From contig DEIN01000012.1 in the NCBI GenBank assembly GCA_002352465.1, positions 17,484 through 81,483 on the forward strand: a DNA stretch of 64,000 nt. The letters run 5' to 3'. The notes beneath the pieces are model-generated. The model had not been told where the DNA came from, made no database searches, and saw only the letters and a list, made by a program, of their open reading frames with translations. This document shows, piece after piece, positions 50,771-59,310 of the stretch. The stretch comes from Patescibacteria group bacterium UBA2773. GTDB taxonomy: Bacteria > Patescibacteriota > Minisyncoccia > Moranbacterales > DUUL01. Numbering within the stretch: position 1 is the stretch's first letter; each line of letters begins with the position of its first letter. The translations under genes were made by a program, and so were the position numbers.

Positions 50771-51946
50771 CTAATCTTTTTTATATACTTTTACTTTAGA
50801 AGCCTTGATTGTTCGGATGATATTATCCGGATTAGGGCTAATAGCAAAGCTCTCTAGTCGACTGGCGCCTTCATTTTGAAAGTAAAGTCGTGGGTTTAAA
50901 AAACGGATTTGAGCTAAATCGGTTTTTTTGATGCCGACAGATGCTCCGAAGCCGCCTCCGACAAAAAGACTGTCTTTCCCCCAGGATTTTCCGGTTTCTA
51001 AATTTAGTTCTGGTGTCACTCGCACTCCAGAAACATTTAGATCATAAAGACCAGTTTTTCCTCGAACACTCAAGGTGCTCTCATCATATTCCTCGGCTCC
51101 TCCCGAAGTTTTAGCACTCAGCTGATGTTGATATTCAGCTGAAATGTTTTGAATTGGAAGAACTTTTTCGCCTCGAGCTCGTCGTTGTTCATTTTCATAG
51201 TTGGCTCGAGCGTGAAGACTCAAGGTTTTTTGACCCTTGGGACTTCCTCCTTGACTAGTGGTCTGTTTAGAAACTCCCAGGCCGAGTCCTGTTGTTTGGT
51301 CATTCTTGAATTTTTCAGTAGCTAAGCCTCCTTCAAAGCGATGATATTTATAAGTCGCTTGATAACCGGGTTTTTTCATTCTTCCTTTTCCGGCATTGCC
51401 ACGGAGTTCTAGGCCAATTTTCCAATCTTGAACTTTCCAGGGGAAAACAGAAACCATCCCATTCCAGTTGTAGCCTTTCCATTTAGTTTTGTCTTTTTTT
51501 CCAGCATTTAAGTCTCTGTCTTGAGAATAACCCAAATTGCCGCTCCAATCTTTTATCCCTTTTTTAAAATCAGTTTTAATAAAAGATCGGTTAGTCTTTT
51601 TAGGTGAGTCCCTTGTTTTTCTTTGCTCGGTTGGCGAAGTTGAAACTGCTACTATCAAAGGAGCAGTTTTTGCCGAAACTTTACTAGTAATTTGCGTCGG
51701 AAGATATAAAGTATCTCCGACTGAAATCCTAGTTTTATTCGTTACTTTTTGCATCTTTCCTTTTTCTAGTTTGTACCACTTTAGGCAATTCCTCCAATTG
51801 CCAGTGGTTCTGTAAGCTAAATTTAAAGCATAGCCAGATTTCTTAACCTGAAAAGGCTCATAACCATTTGGAATCGAAATTTGTCTAGCTTCAACATTAG
51901 AAAAAAACAATAAGACAAAACTTGTTACTATTAGTAATTTTTTCAT
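50771..51946 (-). CDS. Exported protein: LysM-like N-terminus, linker, amphipathic beta-strand-rich C-terminal domain
   Basis: Signal peptide ending VEA; RISVGDTLYLP; repeated alternating hydrophobic strands. Confidence 0.75.
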   Translation of the reverse strand: MKKLLIVTSFVLLFFSNVEARQISIPNGYEPFQVKKSGYALNLAYRTTGNWRNCLKWYKLEKGKMQKVTNKTRISVGDTLYLPTQITSKVSAKTAPLIVAVSTSPTEQRKTRDSPKKTNRSFIKTDFKKGIKDWSGNLGYSQDRDLNAGKKDKTKWKGYNWNGMVSVFPWKVQDWKIGLELRGNAGKGRMKKPGYQATYKYHRFEGGLATEKFKNDQTTGLGLGVSKQTTSQGGSPKGQKTLSLHARANYENEQRRARGEKVLPIQNISAEYQHQLSAKTSGGAEEYDESTLSVRGKTGLYDLNVSGVRVTPELNLETGKSWGKDSLFVGGGFGASVGIKKTDLAQIRFLNPRLYFQNEGASRLESFAISPNPDNIIRTIKASKVKVYKKD

Positions 51947-51955
51947 AACTACCCC

Positions 51956-52918
51956 CTATTTTTTTTGATTAAATTGTTCAACTAAAAATTCAAATTGAGC
52001 TGAGAGCTCTTTTCGAGTGATGGTTGAATTGGCGGAGTTGGCTTTATAAACTGGGTCAGCTGTTAGTTCTTGAATCCCGTGATTTAAAATAGTTGAAATT
52101 CCAGCAAACACCAAAACTTCAACGCTAGTGGCAACTGGAATATATAATCTTTCCATAATACGTTGCCACCCATTTAGGTGTGGATTAGTTCTAACTAATT
52201 CTTGAATACGTTCTTTACTAGCAGAGCTTCCAACAATTTTGCCACTAGCTAGCGTGAAGCTATTTCCTAGGCTGGCCTGGAAATCTTTTTCAAAAAGATC
52301 CCATTCTGGAGAATCAATTTTAATCTCGCCAAGCGAAATTTTTTCAATCAATCCTAGTTTTAACCAAGCCTGAAAAATTTCCTCTAAATTCATTCCGAAT
52401 TCTTGAAAAACTGCTGTTCGGTAATCCAAGTCTTTTTCTAGTCGTTGGGAATCGTAGCCTTCTTTTTGTGGATAAGACCTTCCCATTGGAGAAAAAAGCC
52501 AGATCATTCCATCTCGATTAGCCAGAAGAAAGCGGTGATATTTAAGGTCTTCTAATTTTCCTAAAGAAACTGTCTCTAGCAGAGGAAGTCCCCAAGGAGT
52601 TTTTTCATAAGAGCCTTTCTTAAAATAGGCAAAGTCCTCCTGAATTTTTCTTGTTGGGTCTCGCTGGTCAACTGAGATTACTTTCCAAGTGCCATTAAAA
52701 CCTATCCCGACGCATTCTACTAAGAGTTTGGGCGGGAAGATTAAAGGAAAAATAACTATAGTGTTTCCATCTTTTCGGATTTGATCTGGATGAGGAGCAG
52801 AAACGCTATTCTCCAGTTCTGTAATCCCAAACTTGGGTACTTTAGTCGCACAGCCTGTTAAAACAAATAAACTTAGAAAGGTTATTAAAACCAATCGAAA
52901 AAAAGTTTTTGGGTTCAT
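51956..52918 (-). CDS. Putative lipoprotein of unknown function
   Basis: Lipobox LTGC; SD AAAGGAGG; TTGACA-17-TAATTT promoter at 53027-53055. Confidence 0.8.
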   Translation of the reverse strand: MNPKTFFRLVLITFLSLFVLTGCATKVPKFGITELENSVSAPHPDQIRKDGNTIVIFPLIFPPKLLVECVGIGFNGTWKVISVDQRDPTRKIQEDFAYFKKGSYEKTPWGLPLLETVSLGKLEDLKYHRFLLANRDGMIWLFSPMGRSYPQKEGYDSQRLEKDLDYRTAVFQEFGMNLEEIFQAWLKLGLIEKISLGEIKIDSPEWDLFEKDFQASLGNSFTLASGKIVGSSASKERIQELVRTNPHLNGWQRIMERLYIPVATSVEVLVFAGISTILNHGIQELTADPVYKANSANSTITRKELSAQFEFLVEQFNQKK

Positions 52919-53118
52919 AATAACCCTCCTTTATTCATAAAATTTTCAAAGAACCAAATGGCTCTTTAGTATTTAGTTAGCCAAATCAGAATCTTTCTAA
53001 AAACTTAGTTTTTAAAAAGACCTCTTAAATTAACACTTTTTATTAAATTTGTCAAGCGTTTGTAGGTTGAAAAACGTAGACTAGAGTTTGATTTTTAAAA
53101 AATAGTTAATTTAAAATA

Positions 53119-53152
53119 AAAAACGCTTTCTGCGTAGAGAAAACGTTTTTTT
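53119..53152 (-). terminator. Intrinsic terminator
   Basis: AAAAAACG-TTTCT/AGAAA-CGTTTTTT stem below the small lipoprotein gene. Confidence 0.6.
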
Positions 53153-53176
53153 AATTTAATTTTTTTTAAAAGAATT

Positions 53177-53413
53177 TTATAGATTATCTAAATCTTTCAT
53201 GGCGGTGTCGATGTCGTCTAGAAGTTCATCGGGAGAGCTGTAGGAGTCTAAACTATCAACGGAAGTTTCGATTTCAAGTGGAAGTTCGGGCGGAATAGCC
53301 GCATTTTTAGGGATATCATTAATAGGACTCGGTGGGCGCTCAACTGGTTTATTGCAACCAGAAAAAGCGAGAATTCCTAAGATAGCGAAACTTAAAAAGG
53401 TTATTTTTTTCAT
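53177..53413 (-). CDS. Small lipoprotein
   Basis: Lipobox FSGC, Pro-rich linker, acidic C-terminal helix. Confidence 0.8.
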   Translation of the reverse strand: MKKITFLSFAILGILAFSGCNKPVERPPSPINDIPKNAAIPPELPLEIETSVDSLDSYSSPDELLDDIDTAMKDLDNL

Positions 53414-53438
53414 CAGATTTATTTTAAATTTTTATAAA

Positions 53439-54011
53439 TTATTCAGTTAAATCAGGTCGAGCTTCTAGAATAGCGACTTTTATTGCCGGTCGCAAAGTGT
53501 TGTGGTAATAATCTCGAAGATCTTTAACGACTGTTTTGAGATCTTCCCGTTCTTCTTTTATTAGTTCTGCTTCTTCTGCGTCATAGGCAGCGTCTAAAGA
53601 AGAAGCGACTTTTTCAACTAGATCATTTTTAACCTTTAATTCAGTTAAATAGGTCTCTATATTTGAAGTGTCAATCCCAGCTTTTTCTAATTTAACGGTG
53701 ATGTTTTCGATTTTAGTGGTCACTCCAGTGGCAATTTTTTGAAAACGTTCTTGTCGTCTTGCTCGCATCTCAGTTCGTTTTTGTTGCATTTCCTCTTTTT
53801 TTTCCTCAATTCGTTCTTTGTTCGCGGTTCTTTTAGCATCCATCGTTTCTTTTTTTTCAGTAATGTTTTTTTGCCTTTCTGCTGTTTTGGTTTGGATAGC
53901 CGTTCGATTAGCAGTTCTTTCCTCAGTTGTTAGTGCTTGGGCCGATTGCCAAAGGCCAACTAATCCTAAAATCCCCATCACCATCAAAGCAATTTTTTGA
54001 TTTTGTTTCAT
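53439..54011 (-). CDS. Exported charged coiled-coil protein of unknown function
   Basis: Signal peptide ending AQA; E/K/R-rich helices; KLEKAGIDTS motif. Confidence 0.82.
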   Translation of the reverse strand: MKQNQKIALMVMGILGLVGLWQSAQALTTEERTANRTAIQTKTAERQKNITEKKETMDAKRTANKERIEEKKEEMQQKRTEMRARRQERFQKIATGVTTKIENITVKLEKAGIDTSNIETYLTELKVKNDLVEKVASSLDAAYDAEEAELIKEEREDLKTVVKDLRDYYHNTLRPAIKVAILEARPDLTE

Positions 54012-54053
54012 TTTTTATTTTAAATAATTAAAATCTATTATTACTATATCATA

Positions 54054-54081
54054 TATACGGATAATAAAAATGAAATTTGCA
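54054..54081 (-). promoter_or_regulatory. ECF sigma-type promoter TGCAAA-N16-CGTATA
   Basis: Same hexamers and spacing as 9016-9043. Confidence 0.65.
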
Positions 54082-54111
54082 AAAATTTAAAATAAAGTTA
54101 TTAATAAATTT

Positions 54112-54387
54112 TTATTTGGTTATTTTTATGGCGGAGCCTTTGATTAAAGCTAGTGTGATTTTTTGGTAGGCAGAAGCTAGAATTCGTTGAAAAGTGCTTT
54201 GAGAAGTTTTCATTAGTTGAGCAGCTTGATTTTGATTTAGATTTTTTAGATTTTTTAAACGAAGAGCTTCTAGTTCTTCGGTGGTGATTTCAACTTCTTT
54301 TAAAAGACACAAAGGTACTCCTTGGGGTTTAAAATAAGTGATTCCAGGTTTAAAATTGATTTCTCGAAATAGTTTGGGTCTAGACAT
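54112..54387 (-). CDS. DUF134 family HTH DNA-binding protein
   Basis: MSRPK..R, YFKPQG, EELEALRL, AAQLMKTSQSTFQRIL. Confidence 0.92.
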   Translation of the reverse strand: MSRPKLFREINFKPGITYFKPQGVPLCLLKEVEITTEELEALRLKNLKNLNQNQAAQLMKTSQSTFQRILASAYQKITLALIKGSAIKITK

Positions 54388-54418
54388 AATAAAACAATTA
54401 AAGGGTTTTTTAAAAAAA

Positions 54419-54448
54419 TGTAAATCCCGCTTTTAAACGGGATTTACT
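54419..54448 (-). terminator. Terminator-like hairpin between DUF5320 and DUF134 genes
   Basis: GTAAATCCCG/CGGGATTTAC stem, U-tract on minus strand. Confidence 0.7.
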
Positions 54449-54455
54449 GACAAAA

Positions 54456-54644
54456 TTATTTGGAATTAATCCTTTGAAGACGATTGCCTGCAGAAGTATT
54501 TCTTCGATTTTGTCCAAGACCTCGTCTTGGAGGATTGTTTTTAGCTGTTTCTTCGGTGTTAGCTTTATTTCCATTACATTTACCTAATACTCTGCCTGTT
54601 TTTGGACCTTTTCCTCTTGGTCCTGTTCGGTCTAAGTTTGGCAT
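54456..54644 (-). CDS. DUF5320 family small protein
   Basis: MPNLDRTGPRGKGPKTGRVLGKC signature; TTGACT-17-TATACT promoter 54675-54703. Confidence 0.88.
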   Translation of the reverse strand: MPNLDRTGPRGKGPKTGRVLGKCNGNKANTEETAKNNPPRRGLGQNRRNTSAGNRLQRINSK

Positions 54645-54705
54645 AAATTTAAATTAATAATTAATTCTATTATAAGTATATACCCAAAACAATAATAAGT
54701 CAAGA

Positions 54706-55112
54706 CTATTTTGATTTAAATTTAAAATTGATTATAAAAAAGAAAAAACCCAGACTAATAAAAGTGTCAGCTAGGTTAAAAATGGGAAAATTCCAAATTG
54801 AAATATAATCAATAACGCAACCAATTAGTAATCGATCAATCAGGTTAGATAAAGTTCCGGCCAAAACTAACAATAAAAAAAAGTTTTTAAATCTATAGAT
54901 TAAGAAAAACAAAATTATCAAAGAGCATAACCAACCAAACCAAAAAAGAATAGGATTAATAGTTAAGCTCAAAGATAGATTGGGATTGCAGATGGTATTT
55001 AAAAAAATTTTCCAATTAGGCAGATTTTTTTGAGAAGCTAGATATTTAAAAAATTGATCTAAGGCAATAAGTAGACCAATTAAAACAATACTAAAACTTG
55101 TTTTATTGGCAT
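54706..55112 (-). CDS. lspA: Lipoprotein signal peptidase II; start uncertain (apparent -1 frameshift after codon 4)
   Basis: [25 protein letters not shown]; the nearby ATG at 55112 is out of frame by one base. Confidence 0.85.
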
Positions 55113-55444
55113 TCCACGCAGTTTTGAGCAGCTGGATAAATTTCCAAACGCTTGATGGGAATATCTTTTTTACATTTTTCACATTTTCCGTAGGAACCAT
55201 TTTCTATTTTTTTAAGAGCTAAGACTATTTTTTCTAATTCCGTTTCTAGTGATTCGGTGATGCCAAGGCTGGCGGTGTAGTTTTCAACTTCACTGGCATT
55301 GTCCTCTCGTTCTCGGCCATAATCTTCAAATTCTGTTTTGTAATCACCTTCAGCGTCTTGGCTGGCGATTTTTCTTAGTTCCATTTCAATCCGATTTTTT
55401 TCTTCGATTAATTTTTCTTTGAAAAAGTCTAAATTTTTTAACAT
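55103..55444 (-). CDS. TraR/DksA C4-type zinc finger protein
   Basis: Coiled coil with EDNA tip, [30 protein letters not shown]. Confidence 0.92.
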   Translation of the reverse strand: MLKNLDFFKEKLIEEKNRIEMELRKIASQDAEGDYKTEFEDYGREREDNASEVENYTASLGITESLETELEKIVLALKKIENGSYGKCEKCKKDIPIKRLEIYPAAQNCVECQ

Positions 55445-55577
55445 TTTGTGAATTTTATTTTTTTAAATAATCTTTTTAATAATAAAATTTTAACACATTT
55501 AAACAGAGCAGGTCAATTCATCTTGTTTACAAAATCTAAGTTTTGGTTTAAAATAGAGTTATTAAAATTATTTAAAA

Positions 55578-55772
55578 ACTTTGATGAGGTTATCACCTCG
55601 GAGTTGCGAAAAGAAAGCTTGAATTTCAAGTGATTAGAATTTGTCGGATTGATCCGTAAAAATCAATAATGAAGAACTGTTTATTTGAACAGTCAAAATG
55701 AGGTGGTACCACGGCAAGCGTCGTCCTTAATGAAATTATTTTAAGTAATTTCCATTAGATCGCTTGTTTTTT
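55578..55772 (+). promoter_or_regulatory. T-box riboswitch leader of ileS
   Basis: AGG-TGGTACC-ACG...CGT-CCT antiterminator 55701-55727, then TAATG-AAATTA/TAATTT-CATTA hairpin and T-tract; ATC candidates upstream; 5' boundary approximate. Confidence 0.82.
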
Positions 55773-55787
55773 TATTTGCTTAATAAA

Positions 55788-58733
55788 ATGATTATGTTTA
55801 AAAAAGTTAGTCCTCAACAAAATTATGCCGAGATGGAAAAAGGAATTTTGAATTTTTGGAAAAAGAAAAAAGTTTTTCAAAAATCAATTACTAGTCGGCC
55901 AGCTGATAAAATCTATAGTTTTTATGATGGGCCTCCTTTTATTACTGGAGTGCCTCATTATGGAACGTTGCTTTCGTCAATTGTAAAAGATTGTATTCCT
56001 CGTTTTTGGACAATGAAAGGCTATCGAGTGGATCGAAGGTGGGGTTGGGATTGTCATGGATTGCCAGCCGAGAATATGGTGGAAAAAAAATTAGGAATTA
56101 AAAGTAAAAAAGAAATTGAAGATGTGGTAGGAATTGATAAATTTAATCAGGCTTGTTTTACAGAAACTTCCAAGATTGCTGATGAATGGGAAAATGTAAT
56201 TGACCGAATTGGTCGTTGGGTGGAGTTTAAGGGTGCTTATAAAACCATGGATAATAGTTATATGGAATCTGTTTGGTGGGCTTTTAGTCAACTTTATAAA
56301 AAAGATTTGATTTATGAAGATGTTCGAGTTTCTTTGTATTGTCCTCGTTGTTCTACTCCGTTGAGCAATTTTGAGATTGCGATGGATAATAGTTACCAAG
56401 AAGACAAGGATCCCTCAGTTTATGTTAAATTAAAATTAGAGGGAACGGAAAATAAATATTTACTAGCTTGGACGACTACTCCTTGGACTTTGCTTGGAAA
56501 TGTGGCTTTAGCAGTTAATAAAACTGTCGATTATGTTGAAGTTCAAGTTAAAAAGCAAAATCAAGAAAATATTAAAAGTAAACCAGCAATTTTTTTCGCG
56601 GTGGAGGAAATTTATATTGTCGCTAAAGACCTTTTGAAATCATTAGATGCGGAATATGAAGTTTTAAAAACTTTTAAAGGAAGCGAATTGGTCAGTAAAA
56701 AATATCAACCGTTGTTTAAAAGTGAGATTGAAAATGGTTATCGCATTATTGAGGCGGATTTTGTGGGGACTGAAGATGGAACGGGAATAGTTCACATTGC
56801 TCCAGCTTTTGGGGAAGACGACTTTAATGTTCGTAAAGTAAATGAATTACCAATAATTATCAATGTTGACGAAGAGGGCAAATTTAAGGACGGAGAATGG
56901 AAAGGTGAGCAAGTTTGGGATGCTAATTTAAAGGTGATTGGTTGGCTCAAGGAGCATGATTTACTTTATCGCAAAGAAAACATTATCCATAGTTATCCGC
57001 ATTGTCATCGCTGTGGCACTAAATTGATTTATAAAGCGCAACCAGCTTGGTTTGTGAATATTGATAAAATTCGTCAAGAATTAATTGCAAAAAATCAAAA
57101 TGTTAATTGGTATCCAGAGTATTTAAAAGAAGGTCGGTTTGGAAAGGGATTAGAAAGTGCTCCAGATTGGAATATATCTAGGGATCGTTATTGGGGAACG
57201 GCGATGCCGATTTGGAAATGCGAAGACAAAGAATGCGGAGAAGTTCAAGTGGTTGGATCTTATGAAGAATTGGAGACACTTTCGGGAAAGCAATTGGATA
57301 ATTATCATCGGCCAGAAATTGATAAAGTGAGTTTTTCTTGTTCAAAATGTGGTAAAAAAATGCAAAGAATTCCTCAGGTATTCGATTGTTGGGTGGAATC
57401 AGGCTCAATGTCTTTTGCTCAATTTCATTATCCTTTTGAAAATAAGGAAAAATTTGAAAAAAGTTTTCCAACTAATTTTATTTCAGAATATATCGGTCAA
57501 ACTAGAGCTTGGTTTTATGTGATGCACGTGATGGCGGTTGGAGTTTTCGGTTCAGAGGCTTATCAAAATGTTTTAACTTCGGGGGTAATTGCTGGAGAAG
57601 ACGGACGAAAAATGTCGAAATCTTTGGGTAATTACACTGATCCGGGAATAATCTTGGAAAAATATTCGGCTGATGCTTTGAGATTTTATTTATTATCTTC
57701 ACCTTTATTAAACGCTCAAAACCTAAATTTTTCCGAGGAAGCAGTGGGCGATATTCAAAGACGGTTTTTAGGAACACTTTGGAATAGTTATTCATTTTTT
57801 GTCTTGTATGCCAATGTTGACAAATGGCAGTCCAAAAAAATTAATTTAGAGGAAATTTTGCTTAAAGGTAATGTTTTGGATAAATGGCTATTGTCTGAAT
57901 TGAATCAATTAATCAAAGAGGTCAATCAAGGTTTTGATAATTATTCGATTATCAAACCGGCTAAAAAAATTGAAAAATTTGTGGATAATTTATCTAATTG
58001 GTATATTCGAAGATCTAGAAGACGTTTTTGGAAAAGTGAGGGAGATGACGATAAAAATATGGCCTATCAAACTTTGTGGTTGGTTTTAACTGAATTTTCA
58101 AAAGTGATTGCGCCTTATTGCCCTTTTGTGGCTGATGAAATTTTTAAGAATTTAACTGGTAAGGAATCAGTTCATTTAGAAAGTTTTCCAGAAAGCAATG
58201 AGAAGTTAATAGATCTTAAAATTAGCCAAGAAATGGCGAGAGTTCGAAAGATGATTGAACTGGGATTGTCATTGAGGGCTGAAAATGGAATTAAAGTTCG
58301 ACAGCCATTAAGCGAATTGATTATTGAAGGTGAAAAATTAAGAGCTGAATTAGAAAAACTTTTAGTAGAAGAAGTCAATGTTAAAAATCTTTCTTATGAT
58401 AATCTTTCCGAAACTGAGTTGGTTTGGAAGGAAGTCGAGGGAATTAAAATCGGCTTAAACTTGGTTCTTAACAAAGAGCTTGAAGCAGAGGGTGATATGC
58501 GAGATTTAATTCGACAACTGCAACAAGCCCGAAAAGAAGCTGATTTTAAGATTGATGATCGGATTAGTTTAAGTTATCAAAAACATTCGTTGTTTAATCA
58601 GTTTTCTTTAATTATTAAAAATGAGGTTTTAATTGAAAAATTTCAAGAAGTTTCTGAAAAACCAGATGGATTTGATTACGAAAAAGAAGTTAAAATTAAT
58701 GGAGAAAAAATTAAAGTTTGGCTCAAAAATTAG
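55788..58733 (+). CDS. ileS: Isoleucine--tRNA ligase, type 2 (eukaryote-like)
   Basis: FYDGPPF, HYGT (HIGH variant), GWDCHGLP, AWTTTPWTL, DWNISRDRYWG, KMSKS, SNWYIRRSRRRFW. Confidence 0.97.
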   Translation: MIMFKKVSPQQNYAEMEKGILNFWKKKKVFQKSITSRPADKIYSFYDGPPFITGVPHYGTLLSSIVKDCIPRFWTMKGYRVDRRWGWDCHGLPAENMVEKKLGIKSKKEIEDVVGIDKFNQACFTETSKIADEWENVIDRIGRWVEFKGAYKTMDNSYMESVWWAFSQLYKKDLIYEDVRVSLYCPRCSTPLSNFEIAMDNSYQEDKDPSVYVKLKLEGTENKYLLAWTTTPWTLLGNVALAVNKTVDYVEVQVKKQNQENIKSKPAIFFAVEEIYIVAKDLLKSLDAEYEVLKTFKGSELVSKKYQPLFKSEIENGYRIIEADFVGTEDGTGIVHIAPAFGEDDFNVRKVNELPIIINVDEEGKFKDGEWKGEQVWDANLKVIGWLKEHDLLYRKENIIHSYPHCHRCGTKLIYKAQPAWFVNIDKIRQELIAKNQNVNWYPEYLKEGRFGKGLESAPDWNISRDRYWGTAMPIWKCEDKECGEVQVVGSYEELETLSGKQLDNYHRPEIDKVSFSCSKCGKKMQRIPQVFDCWVESGSMSFAQFHYPFENKEKFEKSFPTNFISEYIGQTRAWFYVMHVMAVGVFGSEAYQNVLTSGVIAGEDGRKMSKSLGNYTDPGIILEKYSADALRFYLLSSPLLNAQNLNFSEEAVGDIQRRFLGTLWNSYSFFVLYANVDKWQSKKINLEEILLKGNVLDKWLLSELNQLIKEVNQGFDNYSIIKPAKKIEKFVDNLSNWYIRRSRRRFWKSEGDDDKNMAYQTLWLVLTEFSKVIAPYCPFVADEIFKNLTGKESVHLESFPESNEKLIDLKISQEMARVRKMIELGLSLRAENGIKVRQPLSELIIEGEKLRAELEKLLVEEVNVKNLSYDNLSETELVWKEVEGIKIGLNLVLNKELEAEGDMRDLIRQLQQARKEADFKIDDRISLSYQKHSLFNQFSLIIKNEVLIEKFQEVSEKPDGFDYEKEVKINGEKIKVWLKN

Positions 58734-58762
58734 ATAAAAAATTAATTAATTTTTAAAAAAAT

Positions 58763-58791
58763 AAAGTGTCGCAGAGGCGCTTTGTTTTTTT
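58763..58791 (+). terminator. Intrinsic terminator after ileS
   Basis: AAAGTGTC-GCAGA-GGCGCTTT stem with G-U pairs, then T-tract. Confidence 0.7.
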
Positions 58792-58858
58792 GCAGAATAA
58801 GCTTTTTACGAATTAGATTATTTAGAAAGAGCTTTATTTGAGTAGGTTTTTTAATAAT

Positions 58859-59306
58859 AAAAAAATACCCCGTCTGGGGGTTTTGATTTTTTTCCGGTGT
58901 TGGTTATTGGATTGATAACCGGGGCGCTGGAAGCCCTTGTTTTATTAGTGGCTCAGCGCCACCGGAGTACCGACTTCAACTCATTTTATTATAATTAAAG
59001 CCGATGATTTATGCTTCGTTGAGCATATTTTTTTCTTCTACCGTCTTATGGATTTATTTTTTAAATCCTTTTTTGTTGTTGTTTTTGTGATTCTTTCTTC
59101 TTTTGTTTTTGTTTTGGTTTGGGATTGCTTTCAAATATTCTTTTTATAACAGTGAAAAAATATTTAAAAGCAATCCCAGGTTAGACAGCTAGAAGGTTTC
59201 AATCGTGAATAGGGGGACATCACGATTGAAACTTTCTAGCTGTCAATTAAGACAGTAAAAATTTTGTTTTAAAAAGAACTAAACTTTTGTAATTTCTTGA
59301 TTACAA
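58859..59306 (-). ncRNA. Candidate large structured non-coding RNA, family not recognised
   Basis: Own promoter and terminator, longest ATG-started ORF seen is 18 aa, nested helices with G-U pairs favouring the minus strand. Confidence 0.7.
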
Positions 59307-59310
59307 TACT

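Noticed and set aside
38802-57988. Isolated perfect DnaA boxes inside genes (38802-38810, 45468-45476, 57980-57988)
   Set aside because: Single sites in coding sequence, explainable by chance or protein constraint (FVDN in IleRS)
58859-59306. RNase P RNA, tmRNA, retron or small-protein gene
   Set aside because: No GGAAAGUC core, no tRNA-like ends, no RT gene in the window, and ATG-started ORFs seen are 18 aa or shorter without SD
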